From an uncultured Thiotrichales bacterium (lineage in GTDB: Bacteria > Pseudomonadota > Gammaproteobacteria > HK1), in NCBI GenBank assembly GCA_964610175.1, contig CAZSVE010000003.1, positions 2,193 to 66,192 on the forward strand: 64,000 nt of DNA. Direction: 5' to 3'. The first letter of the stretch is position 1, and every line of letters starts with the position of its first letter. The position numbers were made by a program, and so were the translations under genes. The notes below the pieces were generated by a model, which worked only from the letters and a program-made list of their open reading frames with translations, searched no databases and was not told the DNA's origin. This document shows, piece after piece, positions 9,643 through 18,674 of the stretch.

Positions 9643-10213
9643 GTCGTATTCCCCCCTTCGGGGCAGTCGGATCGGGGACTTTCAAGTCCGACTACGCCGT
9701 GCCGCCCCGCCTGGGAGAGAGCTTTTGATTCCTACAGGTAGACTCGGCGCAACCGCAACGGATAACCGACTACCCTGTGCGTTCGCCTGTGCGCTCGGAG
9801 ATGGTCACCACGACACCATCGCCGGAGGCAGGCACGGTGTGCTCGGCATTGAGCGGCGATCGGGATTCATCCGTTCAGGATGCTCGGGTTTCAGAGCCGG
9901 CCTTGAAATCCCTCGTCATGGCGAGGCGGAAACCCGGCTGTGGCCTACAAAAGTGCACAAGGCCAAAAATCGCGGAGTGTAGCGGACTACATGACGCGGT
10001 TTTTGGCCTTGTTGTGTGATGCGGTGGGCCGCGAATCGGAGAGCACCGCGGTAGACCAGGAATATCGAGACAGGCTCTCGGGAAGGAACGGCAAGGGGAC
10101 TTGGGGATCGGCAGGAAACTCGGGGGACCTCACTTCGATGAACCATGCATGCATTTCGGCACTTATCTCAAGCACCCTGGCTCAAGTGCTTTGGCTCAAG
10201 CGTTTTTTATAAC

Positions 10214-10495
10214 TCAAGCGCTTTGGGAACCTTCTCCCATGGCCTTGATGTGAGCACTAAGGCGGCTCTTGTGCCGCGCCGCTTTGTTCTTGTGAATCAA
10301 TCCCCGCCCGGCCATGCGATCCACGATAGGCACTGCCGCCTTGAAAGCAACCTCCGCCTCCGCTTTATCTCCGGCTACAATCGCCTTGCTTACCTTTTTG
10401 AGGTGGGTGCGCAACATGGAACGCCTGCTGGCATTGAATTTACGACGCTTTTCCGCTTGGCGGACGCGCTTTTTAGCTTGTGATGAATTAGCCAC
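10214..10495 (-). CDS. rpsT: 30S ribosomal protein S20
   Basis: [35 protein letters not shown]... is the canonical S20 sequence. Confidence 0.95.
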   Translation of the reverse strand: MANSSQAKKRVRQAEKRRKFNASRRSMLRTHLKKVSKAIVAGDKAEAEVAFKAAVPIVDRMAGRGLIHKNKAARHKSRLSAHIKAMGEGSQSA

Positions 10496-10653
10496 GATTA
10501 CACTCGTATTTCGGTTGGATTAACGAGGTGCGAACTATGCGTTTTTACGCCCTTTTTGTCAAATCGAATCGGGAAATACAACGCTCGGCGATGGCTTGCG
10601 CCGTTTCGGCCAATCGCTGGGTAAAGAGTCGATAATCGCACCATGCTCGTTAA

Positions 10654-10763
10654 TTTGTTTATTTCCTGCTCAGCTTCACCATTGGATCAAGTTTTGCAAG
10701 GCACCAATCTCGCTTTACCAATATCGGGTCATGTGTTGTCGGCTCGAGGCGAAGCTTCGCTAG
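10654..10763 (-). repeat. F1, full-length copy (first of a head-to-tail pair)
   Basis: Reads TTTGTTTATTTCCTGCTCAGCTTCACC...GGCTCGAGGCGAAGCTTCGCTAG, the reverse complement of the F1 consensus. Confidence 0.85.
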
Positions 10764-10870
10764 TCTGTTTATTTCCCGCTCATCTTCGCAAACGAGTCGC
10801 CATTTTACGAAACACCAGTTTTGCTTTACCGAATGCTAAATCATGTCGGTTCGAGCACAAGCTTGGCTAG
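10764..10870 (-). repeat. F1, full-length copy (second of the head-to-tail pair)
   Basis: Reads TCTGTTTATTTCCCGCTCATCTTCGC...GGTTCGAGCACAAGCTTGGCTAG. It directly abuts the previous copy. Confidence 0.85.
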
Positions 10871-10918
10871 GATTTTCAACGGATCTTTCCAGACCTGAAA
10901 AACAACTGGAGCGCTCCC

Positions 10919-11770
10919 CTACTCGATCTCCACCTCTCCGGTAAAGACGACCGCTGCCGGGCCGGTCATATAGACGTGGTTATCGATTTCAAGCCATTCG
11001 ATGCCGAGATCACCGCCCAGGAGTTTCACGGTAACCTTGCGGTCGGTGAGATCGTCCAGGATGGCGGCGACCGCCGTGGCGCAGGCACCGGTGCCGCAGG
11101 CCAGGGTTTCCCCCGAGCCGCGTTCCCAGACCCGCATCTGGATGGTGTCGCGGGAGATTATCCTGGCAAACTCGACATTGGTGCGGTTGGGGAAGTGGGG
11201 ATGGACTTCCAGTGCCTTGCCGTCTACCAATACCTGTTGGTCGGTGATCTCGTCGACGAAGATGACGGCGTGGGGATTGCCCATGGAGACGCAGGTCATT
11301 GCATAGTCGCGCCCGGCTCCCAGAGAGACCGAGGTCCTGGCTGGATTGGCGTCCACGGCAACGGGGATATCCGGCCCATCGAGGATGGGCTCGCCCATGT
11401 CGACGCGAACACTGCCGACCTTGCCATGATCGATGCCGAGCCCCAGGATCAGGGTACCGGCGCCGGTCTTGATGCGGAGGGTCTCGGAGGTGGCGTAGCC
11501 GCTTTCGTACAGGAACTTGCCGACGCAGCGGATGGCATTGCCGCACATCTCGGCCTCGGAGCCGTCGGCATTGAACATGCGCATGCCGAAGTCGGCGTCA
11601 TCATGGGGCAGGATGAGCACGATGCCATCTCCCCCGATACCGAAGTGCCGGTGGGAGAGCCTGATGGCGGTTCGGGAAGGGTTTGCGATGAGCCCGGGGT
11701 TTGCGATGCAATCGAAGTAGATGTAATCGTTGCCGAGGCCGTGCATTTTCGTGAAGGGGATAGCGCGCAT
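10919..11770 (-). CDS. dapF: Diaminopimelate epimerase
   Basis: 283 aa. N-terminus FTKMHGLGNDYIYFD. Both catalytic Cys motifs are present (MCGNAIRC and ACGTGACA). Confidence 0.93.
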   Translation of the reverse strand: MRAIPFTKMHGLGNDYIYFDCIANPGLIANPSRTAIRLSHRHFGIGGDGIVLILPHDDADFGMRMFNADGSEAEMCGNAIRCVGKFLYESGYATSETLRIKTGAGTLILGLGIDHGKVGSVRVDMGEPILDGPDIPVAVDANPARTSVSLGAGRDYAMTCVSMGNPHAVIFVDEITDQQVLVDGKALEVHPHFPNRTNVEFARIISRDTIQMRVWERGSGETLACGTGACATAVAAILDDLTDRKVTVKLLGGDLGIEWLEIDNHVYMTGPAAVVFTGEVEIE

Positions 11771-11850
11771 GGGTATCGTCGGGACGTGGGTTATTTTCTC
11801 GGGGAAGGCGATTGGAAAGCAGAATAATATGGCAACATGACCATGCCGGA

Positions 11851-12471
11851 TCAGGTAATGACTTTTCGGGCGAGTTTTGCCAGTTTTGCTTTCTGCAAAA
11901 TGGAAAAGTGCGTATCGGCCACATAAAACAAACCGCTCAATGCATAAAAATCACGCTTCAAGTTTTCGGGTACGGCGCTTATTTCTTTATAGTCGAGGTA
12001 GTGGGATACCGATGCCCAGGCGTCTTGGGCGATGGTTCTTACCTGTATTTCGAATGGAGTGGAAGTTAATGCATCATTGGATTGGGCGTCGCTTTTCAGT
12101 CTGGCTTCGAGGTGTAGAGACATATAGCCAAAGATCTGCATTTCCGAAGCATTGACCTTGTCATCTTCTTCGAAGACATCGAATTCTTCTTTGATGATAT
12201 CGCTGATTTCATCCAGTTCGGAAAGGAAAAGACATACGATACGAAACCCAATCAGGTCATGGATTTGTTCGAATGGTTTACTGATTCCCTTTCTTTGGGC
12301 CTTATCGAGCAGTGAATCGATCTCTTCGATCCGCGAGGTCAGGGCATGTATTTTTATCCCGTGTCTTTCTATGGATTCATTTAGAATACGCTCGACCTCC
12401 CCGACTAATCGTCCATAATCACGCCGATTGGCATGATATTGTTCGATAATGGACCTTTTATCCATTTTCAT
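11851..12471 (-). CDS. RelA/SpoT-domain protein (small alarmone synthetase-like, stand-alone)
   Basis: 206 aa. Synthetase-fold motifs DLIGFRIVCLF (DxxGxR) and FEIQVRTIAQDAWASVSHYLDYK (EIQxRT..Q..WA...H...YK). The usual RxK reads SRIEEIDS. The region is visibly lower in GC than lysA and dapF. Confidence 0.8.
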   Translation of the reverse strand: MKMDKRSIIEQYHANRRDYGRLVGEVERILNESIERHGIKIHALTSRIEEIDSLLDKAQRKGISKPFEQIHDLIGFRIVCLFLSELDEISDIIKEEFDVFEEDDKVNASEMQIFGYMSLHLEARLKSDAQSNDALTSTPFEIQVRTIAQDAWASVSHYLDYKEISAVPENLKRDFYALSGLFYVADTHFSILQKAKLAKLARKVIT

Positions 12472-12812
12472 GATTCCAGGTCTTCCTTTTTTTTCCCTTT
12501 GATCAAAATTCCCATCTCAGGGATTTCTGGTATGCTCCCCGTCGCTCTAAAATCATATTTGTCCAACTTTCCATTTATTCTCAGTTGGAAATAATCGAGA
12601 TTGCCGAATACGGAAGTACTATTGATATCATATTTAATGATGATCAAATCGGCATCGATTTTATGATCGATAGCGTTGCATGTCCCGGAATAGTAATAAC
12701 CTGTATCCCCACCCAACGCGCGCCCATTGTTGACGACCAATACCCCTCTGCCATATCTGTTCATCGTTGTCTCAAACTCCACGGTCCATAATCCATTCAG
12801 CATATCGGACAT
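12468..12812 (-). CDS. GrlR-like small beta-barrel protein
   Basis: 114 aa. The pattern NGLWTVEFET...GRGVLVVNNGRALGGDTGYYYSG...DYFQLRI parallels EHEC GrlR (DGIYSIIF...GEGILIKNGNMITGGD...YQG...DYQLVI, recalled from memory). Its stop overlaps the downstream ATG (ATGA at 12468-12471). Confidence 0.6.
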   Translation of the reverse strand: MSDMLNGLWTVEFETTMNRYGRGVLVVNNGRALGGDTGYYYSGTCNAIDHKIDADLIIIKYDINSTSVFGNLDYFQLRINGKLDKYDFRATGSIPEIPEMGILIKGKKKEDLES

Positions 12813-12958
12813 ATCTATCTCCTTCAGGTTCGATTATTGGGTGGCATTACTGAAGTAATATGGCACATTGATTCGTTTATTTTCCGCTCATCTTCGCTAG
12901 ACGCCAGGCTCTCGGTGAACCCGTGAAAGGGAGGCAATCCGAGAATCCCGAGGATCGG

Positions 12959-13042
12959 GTATCGGGAAAACAGAGATCCCGAGAAAACCGATGCGCCAAG
13001 ACCCATCCCGCTTCGGTCTTGGCGCGAAGCGCCGACACGTTC
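12959..13042 (+). repeat. F2, copy
   Basis: Reads GTATCGGGAAAACAGAGATCCCGAGAAAACCGATGCGCCAAGACCCATCCCGCTTCGGTCTTGGCGCGAAGCGCCGACACGTT. Confidence 0.8.
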
Positions 13043-13048
13043 TCCTTT

Positions 13049-14308
13049 TCACGCCTGACCATTCGCGAATTCCCGGCTATCTTCGATGTCGGCCAGAGCC
13101 GACTCCGCAACAATCCGGTCCACGAGTTCTTCATTACCGAGTCTTCTCCGAACCAGCTGCAAGCTGCCCCGATACACCATGGCCTCCGCGGGCATGGGGC
13201 GCAGGTTGTAGACCCCCCCCATGCTGTAGCAATAGGCACCGGCGTTTTGGATGGCGAGGAGGTCGCCCTCGCGGATCTCGGGGATAGGGCGCTGCTCGGC
13301 GAAGCGGTCGCCGGTCTCGCAGATGTTGCCACAGACATCGTAACGATGGGGCCTGCCGTCGGGGTTGGTCAGGTTGACGATATGGTGATAGGCATCGTAC
13401 ATCACCGGGCGGATGAGCTGCGGGAAACCCGAGTTGCAACCCACGATGATGCGTTCATTATTGTGTTTGATGGTGTTGACTTCCACGATCAGGTAACCCG
13501 CCTCGGCGACCACGTACTTGCCGGGCTCGAAGCGCATTTCCAGCGCTGCACCGTATCCCTCGCAAAATGCCGTGAAGAGGCGGGTGATCTCCGCCCCCAT
13601 GGCCGGATAATCGACACGCCCCTCGTCCGGTCGATACGGGACCTTGAAGCCGCCGCCGAAATCCAGGAACTCCAGCGCCGGGAAGTTCCTTCTGGTGGCG
13701 ATGGTCATGAGGTTTTTCATGCTCTGGTACACCGATTCCGTCATGGTCAGCCCGGAACCGGTATGCTCGTGCAGGCCCACCACGGTGAGGCGGTATCGAT
13801 CCGTGATCTCCCTTACCCTGGCCACATCCTGGAGCAGGATACCGAATTTGGTCACATCGCCGCCGGTGCGCACCTTGGCATCCTCGCCATCCACCACATC
13901 CGGATTGAAGCGCAGGCACACCCGGGAACCGGGGAATTCGTCTCCGAATCGTGCCAGGCGCGACAGGGAATCGATATTGAGCAGGATGCCGGTGGCCTGG
14001 ATGGCGCGCACCTCGTCATCGGTCATGTTGTTGGCGGTATAGAGGATGCGCTCACGATCGAAGCCGAGACGCCTGGCGAGGAGCACCTCGGCGGGGCTCA
14101 CCGTATCCAGATGGGCGCCGATGTCGTTCAGGACCTTCAGGAGGCCGGGATTGTAGTTGGCCTTCATGGCGTAGTGGATCTCGAGCCTGGGCCAGGCAAT
14201 GAACCTCTGCAATTCCCGGTAGCGTTGCACCACCAGGTCGGCATCGTACAGATAAAGGGGCGTGCCGAATTCCCTGGCGGCTGCAATCAGTTCTTTTGTC
14301 GTCGGCAT
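13049..14308 (-). CDS. lysA: Diaminopimelate decarboxylase
   Basis: 419-aa PLP-dependent group IV decarboxylase. Motifs YAMKAN (PLP Lys), HEHTGSG, CGNICETGD and NAGAYC. It lies in dapF context. Confidence 0.88.
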   Translation of the reverse strand: MPTTKELIAAAREFGTPLYLYDADLVVQRYRELQRFIAWPRLEIHYAMKANYNPGLLKVLNDIGAHLDTVSPAEVLLARRLGFDRERILYTANNMTDDEVRAIQATGILLNIDSLSRLARFGDEFPGSRVCLRFNPDVVDGEDAKVRTGGDVTKFGILLQDVARVREITDRYRLTVVGLHEHTGSGLTMTESVYQSMKNLMTIATRRNFPALEFLDFGGGFKVPYRPDEGRVDYPAMGAEITRLFTAFCEGYGAALEMRFEPGKYVVAEAGYLIVEVNTIKHNNERIIVGCNSGFPQLIRPVMYDAYHHIVNLTNPDGRPHRYDVCGNICETGDRFAEQRPIPEIREGDLLAIQNAGAYCYSMGGVYNLRPMPAEAMVYRGSLQLVRRRLGNEELVDRIVAESALADIEDSREFANGQA

Positions 14309-14337
14309 GGGTTTTCCTCGTGTCGATGCGGCTCGCT

Positions 14338-14455
14338 AGAGGGGAGAAATCTTCCGACTTTCTCGGGATCTCGAGCGCACAGGATCTCTCCCTTTGGTCG
14401 AAATGACAAAAAGCCGATTTTTCGATCGTTTTGTTCGAGATTTCCCGGATAACGG
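14338..14455 (+). repeat. Interspersed repeat family F3 (palindromic core + tail), copy with truncated left arm
   Basis: Reads ...GGGAGAAATCTTCCGAC...AGGATCTCTCCCTTTGGTCGAAATGAC, then the tail AAAAAGCCGATTTTTCGATCGTTTTGTTCGAGATTTCCCGGATAACGG. The tail matches the copy at 63812. Confidence 0.75.
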
Positions 14456-14474
14456 GCTGGTTATTACCCTGGGG

Positions 14475-14723
14475 TTATTTCGGGGGCGCCACTTCGGCGC
14501 ACTCCACATGATCCACCCGGGCGAGTGGCGGCCCCTCCCACAACCAGCGCTCCAACAGGGCCACCTGGGCGGCCTCCCCCTGAATCGATACCCGCACCCG
14601 GCCATCGGCCAGATTGACGGCCTGGGCGCTGACCCCCAATTCGGCGGCCTTGTCATGGGTGCTGGCGCGAAAGTAGACGCCTTGGACGCGACCTGACACG
14701 AAACAACGACGAGAGATGATCAT
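14475..14723 (-). CDS. acyP: Acylphosphatase
   Basis: 82 aa. VSGRVQGVYFRASTHDKAAELGVSAQAVNLADGRVRV is the canonical acylphosphatase signature. Confidence 0.88.
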   Translation of the reverse strand: MIISRRCFVSGRVQGVYFRASTHDKAAELGVSAQAVNLADGRVRVSIQGEAAQVALLERWLWEGPPLARVDHVECAEVAPPK

Positions 14724-14857
14724 TTCGAAAACAACCGATTATATTTCCATGGAAGGCCCCACGCAGGGCAAGGATGAGCGGGGAATCGACAGATTGGCGG
14801 GAACATTTTCGACCAGGGCGATTCGGCTGGGCGATCCGGCTGGGCGATCCGGCGCCA

Positions 14858-16429
14858 TCATGGCCCCCGGCCATTCGGCTGCCCGGTCGGGCCCGATTCG
14901 GCAAGGGCCGCTTTTATCAGCGCGATCCACTCCCTTTGCTGCGCAGGCAGGCGGTCCTCCCCGGCGAGCGGCTCCAGGATGTCCAGGGCCTCGCGGAGCC
15001 ACCCCGCCCGTTGCGCCTTGTCTGTCTCCAGGATAGCCATCTTCGAAAGGCTTACCACCACATCGGTCTTCCACTCGACCCTCATGGGATCGAGCTCCGT
15101 GAGCCTCTCCCGGATCGACAACCCGTCCTGGTAGGCGGCGAGGGCCTTGGCGCCGTCGCCATTGGCTTTGTGCATGTCCCCTACCTTGTTGTGGCTCACC
15201 GAGAGGTTGCGCTGCCACTCGCTGTTTCCGGGGTCGAGCTCCGTGAGTTTTTCCCGAATCGACAACCCGTCCTGGTAGGCGGCGAGGGCCTTGGGCCCGT
15301 CGCCATTGGCGACGTGCATGTCCCCTACACGGTCGAAGCTCACCGAGAGGTCGCGCTGCCACTCGCTGTTTCCGGGGTCGAGCTCGGTGAGCTTTTCCCG
15401 AATCGACAACCCGTCCTGGTAGGCGGCGAGGGCCTTGGCGCCGTCGCCATTGGCGACGTGCATGTCCCCTACACGGTCGAAGCTCACCGAGAGGTCGCGC
15501 TGCCACTCGCTGTTTCCGGGGTCGAGCTCGGTGAGCTTTTCCCGAATCGACAACCCGTCCTGGTAGGCGGCGAGGGCCTTGGCGCCGTCGCCATTGGCTT
15601 TGTGCATGTCCCCTATCTTGTTATGGCTCACCGAGAGGTTGCGCTGCCGTTGCGGGTCATCGGGTTTCTGTTTGGCCCATCGCTTGAACAATGATCGGGC
15701 CTGTTGGTAGCGATCCAATGCGGCGCCGCTCTCGCCACGCAGGGCATCGATGTCGCCCAACTCGAGATGCGCAATGGCCTGCCAGTGTATCTGTCCTTTC
15801 CTTTCGGCGCGCCCCATGAGTTCCCGGGATGCGCGCAACGCCTCGTTGGAATCCCCGGCGCGCCGGGCGACACGCCCCAGATCGAGCCAGCCCTCCAGGG
15901 CCTCCGGATCGAGCACCACCGCCTCTCGGTAGCTCTCCAACGCCTTTCCGGTGTCGTGGAGATACACGAAGGCCCCCAGATGACGCGCCGTGGCGGCGGC
16001 CTCCCGCAGGGCATTGCGCCCGGCGAGCCTCTGGCTTTCCAGGTGGCGGCGCAATATGTCCTCTGCCCGAGCGGTGTCGCCTTTCTCGAGGAGGGAGATC
16101 GCCTCCTGGACGGCTGCCGCCTTCTCCGGCTCGGTTCGTTCGATGCGATACAGCGCATCGACGGCGGCCAATACCCGCCCTCGTTCCTCCTCCGGCATGT
16201 CACCGAGGGCATCGATGATCTCGCCCTTGGTGATTTCCTCGTTCCGAGTTTGCCGCGTGGCCCGGCTCTTCCGATAGGTGAATATCCCCCATCCGATGGA
16301 GAACAGGACGCCGATGGACGTCACGGAGAATACCAGTATTTGCAGATTGTCCCCTGTGAACAGGTTGGTCATGAGGCCGATGAGTCGATTATCCATGAAA
16401 GCTTGAACAAAATGGTCGAAAAATGTCAT
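14858..16429 (-). CDS. Tetratricopeptide-repeat protein with an N-terminal membrane anchor
   Basis: 523 aa. One TM helix (ILVFSVTSIGVLFSIGWGIF), then TPR-like repeats including four near-identical 48-aa units. The ATG at 16429 lies inside an F3 repeat arm, so the true start may be M12 or M20. Confidence 0.8.
   Translation of the reverse strand: MTFFDHFVQAFMDNRLIGLMTNLFTGDNLQILVFSVTSIGVLFSIGWGIFTYRKSRATRQTRNEEITKGEIIDALGDMPEEERGRVLAAVDALYRIERTEPEKAAAVQEAISLLEKGDTARAEDILRRHLESQRLAGRNALREAAATARHLGAFVYLHDTGKALESYREAVVLDPEALEGWLDLGRVARRAGDSNEALRASRELMGRAERKGQIHWQAIAHLELGDIDALRGESGAALDRYQQARSLFKRWAKQKPDDPQRQRNLSVSHNKIGDMHKANGDGAKALAAYQDGLSIREKLTELDPGNSEWQRDLSVSFDRVGDMHVANGDGAKALAAYQDGLSIREKLTELDPGNSEWQRDLSVSFDRVGDMHVANGDGPKALAAYQDGLSIREKLTELDPGNSEWQRNLSVSHNKVGDMHKANGDGAKALAAYQDGLSIRERLTELDPMRVEWKTDVVVSLSKMAILETDKAQRAGWLREALDILEPLAGEDRLPAQQREWIALIKAALAESGPTGQPNGRGP
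15086..15661. repeat. Intragenic tandem repeat, 4 x 144 bp
   Basis: Unit starts at 15086, 15230, 15374 and 15518 (exact 144-bp spacing read from the GGGGTCGAGCTC landmarks). The middle two units differ at only ~3-4 positions. Confidence 0.9.
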
Positions 16430-16503
16430 TTCGAGCGCAGCGAGAAATCTTGGGCGCTGAATCTATCCCGGCCTCGAAGATTTCTCCCTACGGTCGAAAT
16501 GAC
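16425..16503. repeat. F3 palindromic core, copy
   Basis: Reads GTCATTTCGAGCGCAGCGAGAAATCTTGGG...GAAGATTTCTCCCTACGGTCGAAATGAC. The termini are inverted repeats (GTCATTTCGA / TCGAAATGAC). Confidence 0.8.
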
Positions 16504-16576
16504 GGACGTAGTCGAAATAGAGAGATTCCTGGTTTCGGCCAGGCCGGGTTGGGCATGTATCGTTACCAATGAAAAA

Positions 16577-16684
16577 AGCGAAGCTTCGCCTCGAACCGAT
16601 GAGGCATGCGTTGGTGAATTCAGGGGAATCGGCGCTATCGAAATTCGATCGATCTGCGAAGCCAAGCGGGAAATACAAACAAAA
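16577..16684 (+). repeat. F1, near-full copy
   Basis: Reads AGCGAAGCTTCGCCTCGAACCGATGAGGCATGCG...CTGCGAAGCCAAGCGGGAAATACAAACAAAA. Confidence 0.8.
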
Positions 16685-16708
16685 TACCACGCATTCCGGA
16701 TGGGAATA

Positions 16709-17452
16709 TTACTCGGGATATCGTTCTATCCCCATGAGGGTCGCGCCGGCCACGGCGGCCGGGATGACCACGAAATTCAATCCGGGCACCATGGTGGCCA
16801 GCAATACCACGGCGCCGAAACCGAAGCCGAGGGCGCGGTGCTCGGAGAGGAGCCTTCGTTGCTCGGGGAACGACAGGCCCCGGTTTCCCAGGGGGTAATC
16901 GACGTATTCGATGGTGAGCATCCAGGCGCTGAACACCAGCCACGGGAACGCCGCGATGACATTGATGCCCGGGATCAGAAAGAGCAGCCCAAGGGGAATC
17001 GCCCGCGGGAGGAGGTATTGCAGCTTGCGCAGCTCGGAGAGCAGGGAGGGTACGATGCCCCTGGCGACATCCCGGAAGAATGCCAGCCATCCGGTGTTTT
17101 GGTTCCGGGGCGGACCCGTGAGCCTTTCCTGAATGGCCTCCGCGAGCAGGCTGTTGAAGGGGGCGGCGATGAGATTGCCCACCCAGGAAAACAGGAAAAA
17201 CACCACGAACAGGGCAAGGATGGCGAAAACCGGCCACAGCAGCCATCGCAGCCAATCGAGCCAGCCCGGGATCAGCCCGTCGAGCAGCGCATCGAATTGC
17301 CCGGCGCCGAAATAGATCAGTGTTGCGAACAACAGGGTATTGGTGAAAAGCGGGATGGCGACATATCGCCGGATGCCGGGCAGACTCAGCAGGGAAAGAC
17401 CCCGCCGAAAGTACCCGAACCCCGCGGCAAAATCATGGAGGTATGATTTCAT
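16709..17452 (-). CDS. cysZ: Sulfate transporter CysZ
   Basis: 247 aa. Collinear with E. coli CysZ as recalled from memory (GIRRYVAIPLFTN..., IAAPFNSLLAEAIQERLTG, LPRAIPLGLLFLIPGIN, IEYVDYPLGNRGLSF). Confidence 0.92.
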   Translation of the reverse strand: MKSYLHDFAAGFGYFRRGLSLLSLPGIRRYVAIPLFTNTLLFATLIYFGAGQFDALLDGLIPGWLDWLRWLLWPVFAILALFVVFFLFSWVGNLIAAPFNSLLAEAIQERLTGPPRNQNTGWLAFFRDVARGIVPSLLSELRKLQYLLPRAIPLGLLFLIPGINVIAAFPWLVFSAWMLTIEYVDYPLGNRGLSFPEQRRLLSEHRALGFGFGAVVLLATMVPGLNFVVIPAAVAGATLMGIERYPE

Positions 17453-17597
17453 CGGTGGGTGGTATCGGCCGAAGGCATTGGGTTTGGAAGCGGGGCTTCC
17501 GGGAAGGCCCCCGGAAGCCGGTGTTTTCGGTGCATGGCAGGCAGACGTGCGGGGGTGGCTGCAAGGGACCCTTGATACTGGTCCTCATGACCGGCCC

Positions 17598-18428
17598 TCA
17601 TGAAATGATCTTGATATGCCAGGGTTCGAAGCGGACACCCACAAGGTTGTCGGGCGGGTAGCGAATTTCCGTGAAACCCAAATCGATGAGTCGGCGGTAC
17701 ACCCTGGTGGTCGCGAAGGTCTTCGTGAAATTCAACCTGCCGAGCCCCTTTTGCCCCACGTCGAAATCACCGATGGCGTGGTAGGAGTACCCCGGTGGCG
17801 CCAACGAGCGCGAGGCGCGCGACAGGTTTCCCTTGGTCACCAGGGCCTTGTTCATGAATAGATACATCTGCTTTGCGATACCGCGCACGCCCGAGGTCAA
17901 TATCAGGTCATCGCCCACGGCCCGCTGTACCTTGTGGCAGATATCCAGTGATTTTCCCTTTGCGATGTATTGCCCTGTTCCGGGTATCTTGACTACCTGA
18001 CGTTTGGAAATATTGTCCGTCAAATGGGTGAGTAGCTTTTCACCGAGGAAACCATAGCGGGCCGCTTCTCGATAAAAGATCCGCTCCATGAATTCGATTT
18101 CACGGGCCGTGAAGGGCTTGATATCGGAATAGTTGCGGCCAAAACGCAGCATCTCGTCGAAGCCGAGGAGGTGAAAGTTCCCATGCCCCATTTTTGTCTG
18201 GACCCGTTTCAAATGCGCCACGGTCTCGGCAAGCAGTGGAAGTTCATCGCGCGCAAGCCAGATATCCTCGGAATGATCGCCGTCGAAGTCCCGTATCTTT
18301 TCGAAGTAGTCGGTGTCGGGCCGTGGTGTCTTCGGTTTTGCGGCGACGGGAGACCAATACACGCCGGTGGCTGCCGTAACCCCGGCTAGCGTCAATCCGA
18401 GAAAATATCGCCGATCCATTTTTGTCAT
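17598..18428 (-). CDS. M15-family D-Ala-D-Ala carboxypeptidase-like metallopeptidase (VanY-like), Tat-type signal
   Basis: Track ORF 17598..18599. The start is set at MTKMDRRYFLGLTLAG (twin-Arg signal). Zn-peptidase motifs LTSGVRGIAKQ, PPGYSYHAIGDFD and FEPWH. Confidence 0.75.
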   Translation of the reverse strand: MTKMDRRYFLGLTLAGVTAATGVYWSPVAAKPKTPRPDTDYFEKIRDFDGDHSEDIWLARDELPLLAETVAHLKRVQTKMGHGNFHLLGFDEMLRFGRNYSDIKPFTAREIEFMERIFYREAARYGFLGEKLLTHLTDNISKRQVVKIPGTGQYIAKGKSLDICHKVQRAVGDDLILTSGVRGIAKQMYLFMNKALVTKGNLSRASRSLAPPGYSYHAIGDFDVGQKGLGRLNFTKTFATTRVYRRLIDLGFTEIRYPPDNLVGVRFEPWHIKIIS

Positions 18429-18674
18429 CGATATGGTTCCGAAAGTTTTCTTGCCGGGGCAAGGGGGCCCCGCGGCCTGTCGGTCATCGTGAAATAGTGG
18501 ATTATCGTCACCGGATCCTTGGATTCCCGGCATTTCCATGGGAAAGATCGCCTCATGTGGCCAATGCAGGCATCCCGGATCCCGAGCGCAGTCTCGCAAA
18601 AAAGCGTAGTTCCTTGCCGTGAGAATCTTGAATAAAAATGATCTGAATTCATGTTGTTTCCATTCGGGATCGGA

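Noticed and set aside
9643-10213. RNase P RNA, tmRNA, SRP RNA or 6S RNA in the rpsT-proximal gap
   Set aside because: I looked on both strands for GGAAAGTCCGGGC / ACAGAACCCGGCTTA (RNase P), the tRNA-like ends of tmRNA, and the SRP GGAAGCAGCC motif. Only weak partial resemblances turned up (e.g. GAAAGTCCCCGATCC, GGAAACCCGGCTGTGG). A covariance-model search is needed.
12923-14452. 509-aa ORF on the + strand
   Set aside because: It lies entirely antisense to lysA, which has clear PLP-decarboxylase motifs. Its translation is low-complexity (G/A/H/D-rich), typical of shadow ORFs in GC-rich coding DNA. The same reasoning applies to 7091..7999 and 5315..5977 (antisense to ileS), 10976..11827 (antisense to dapF), 15704..17446 (antisense to the TPR gene and cysZ), 48341..49954 (antisense to ftsK), 56663..57928 (alternative frame of leuS), and 20229..21110.
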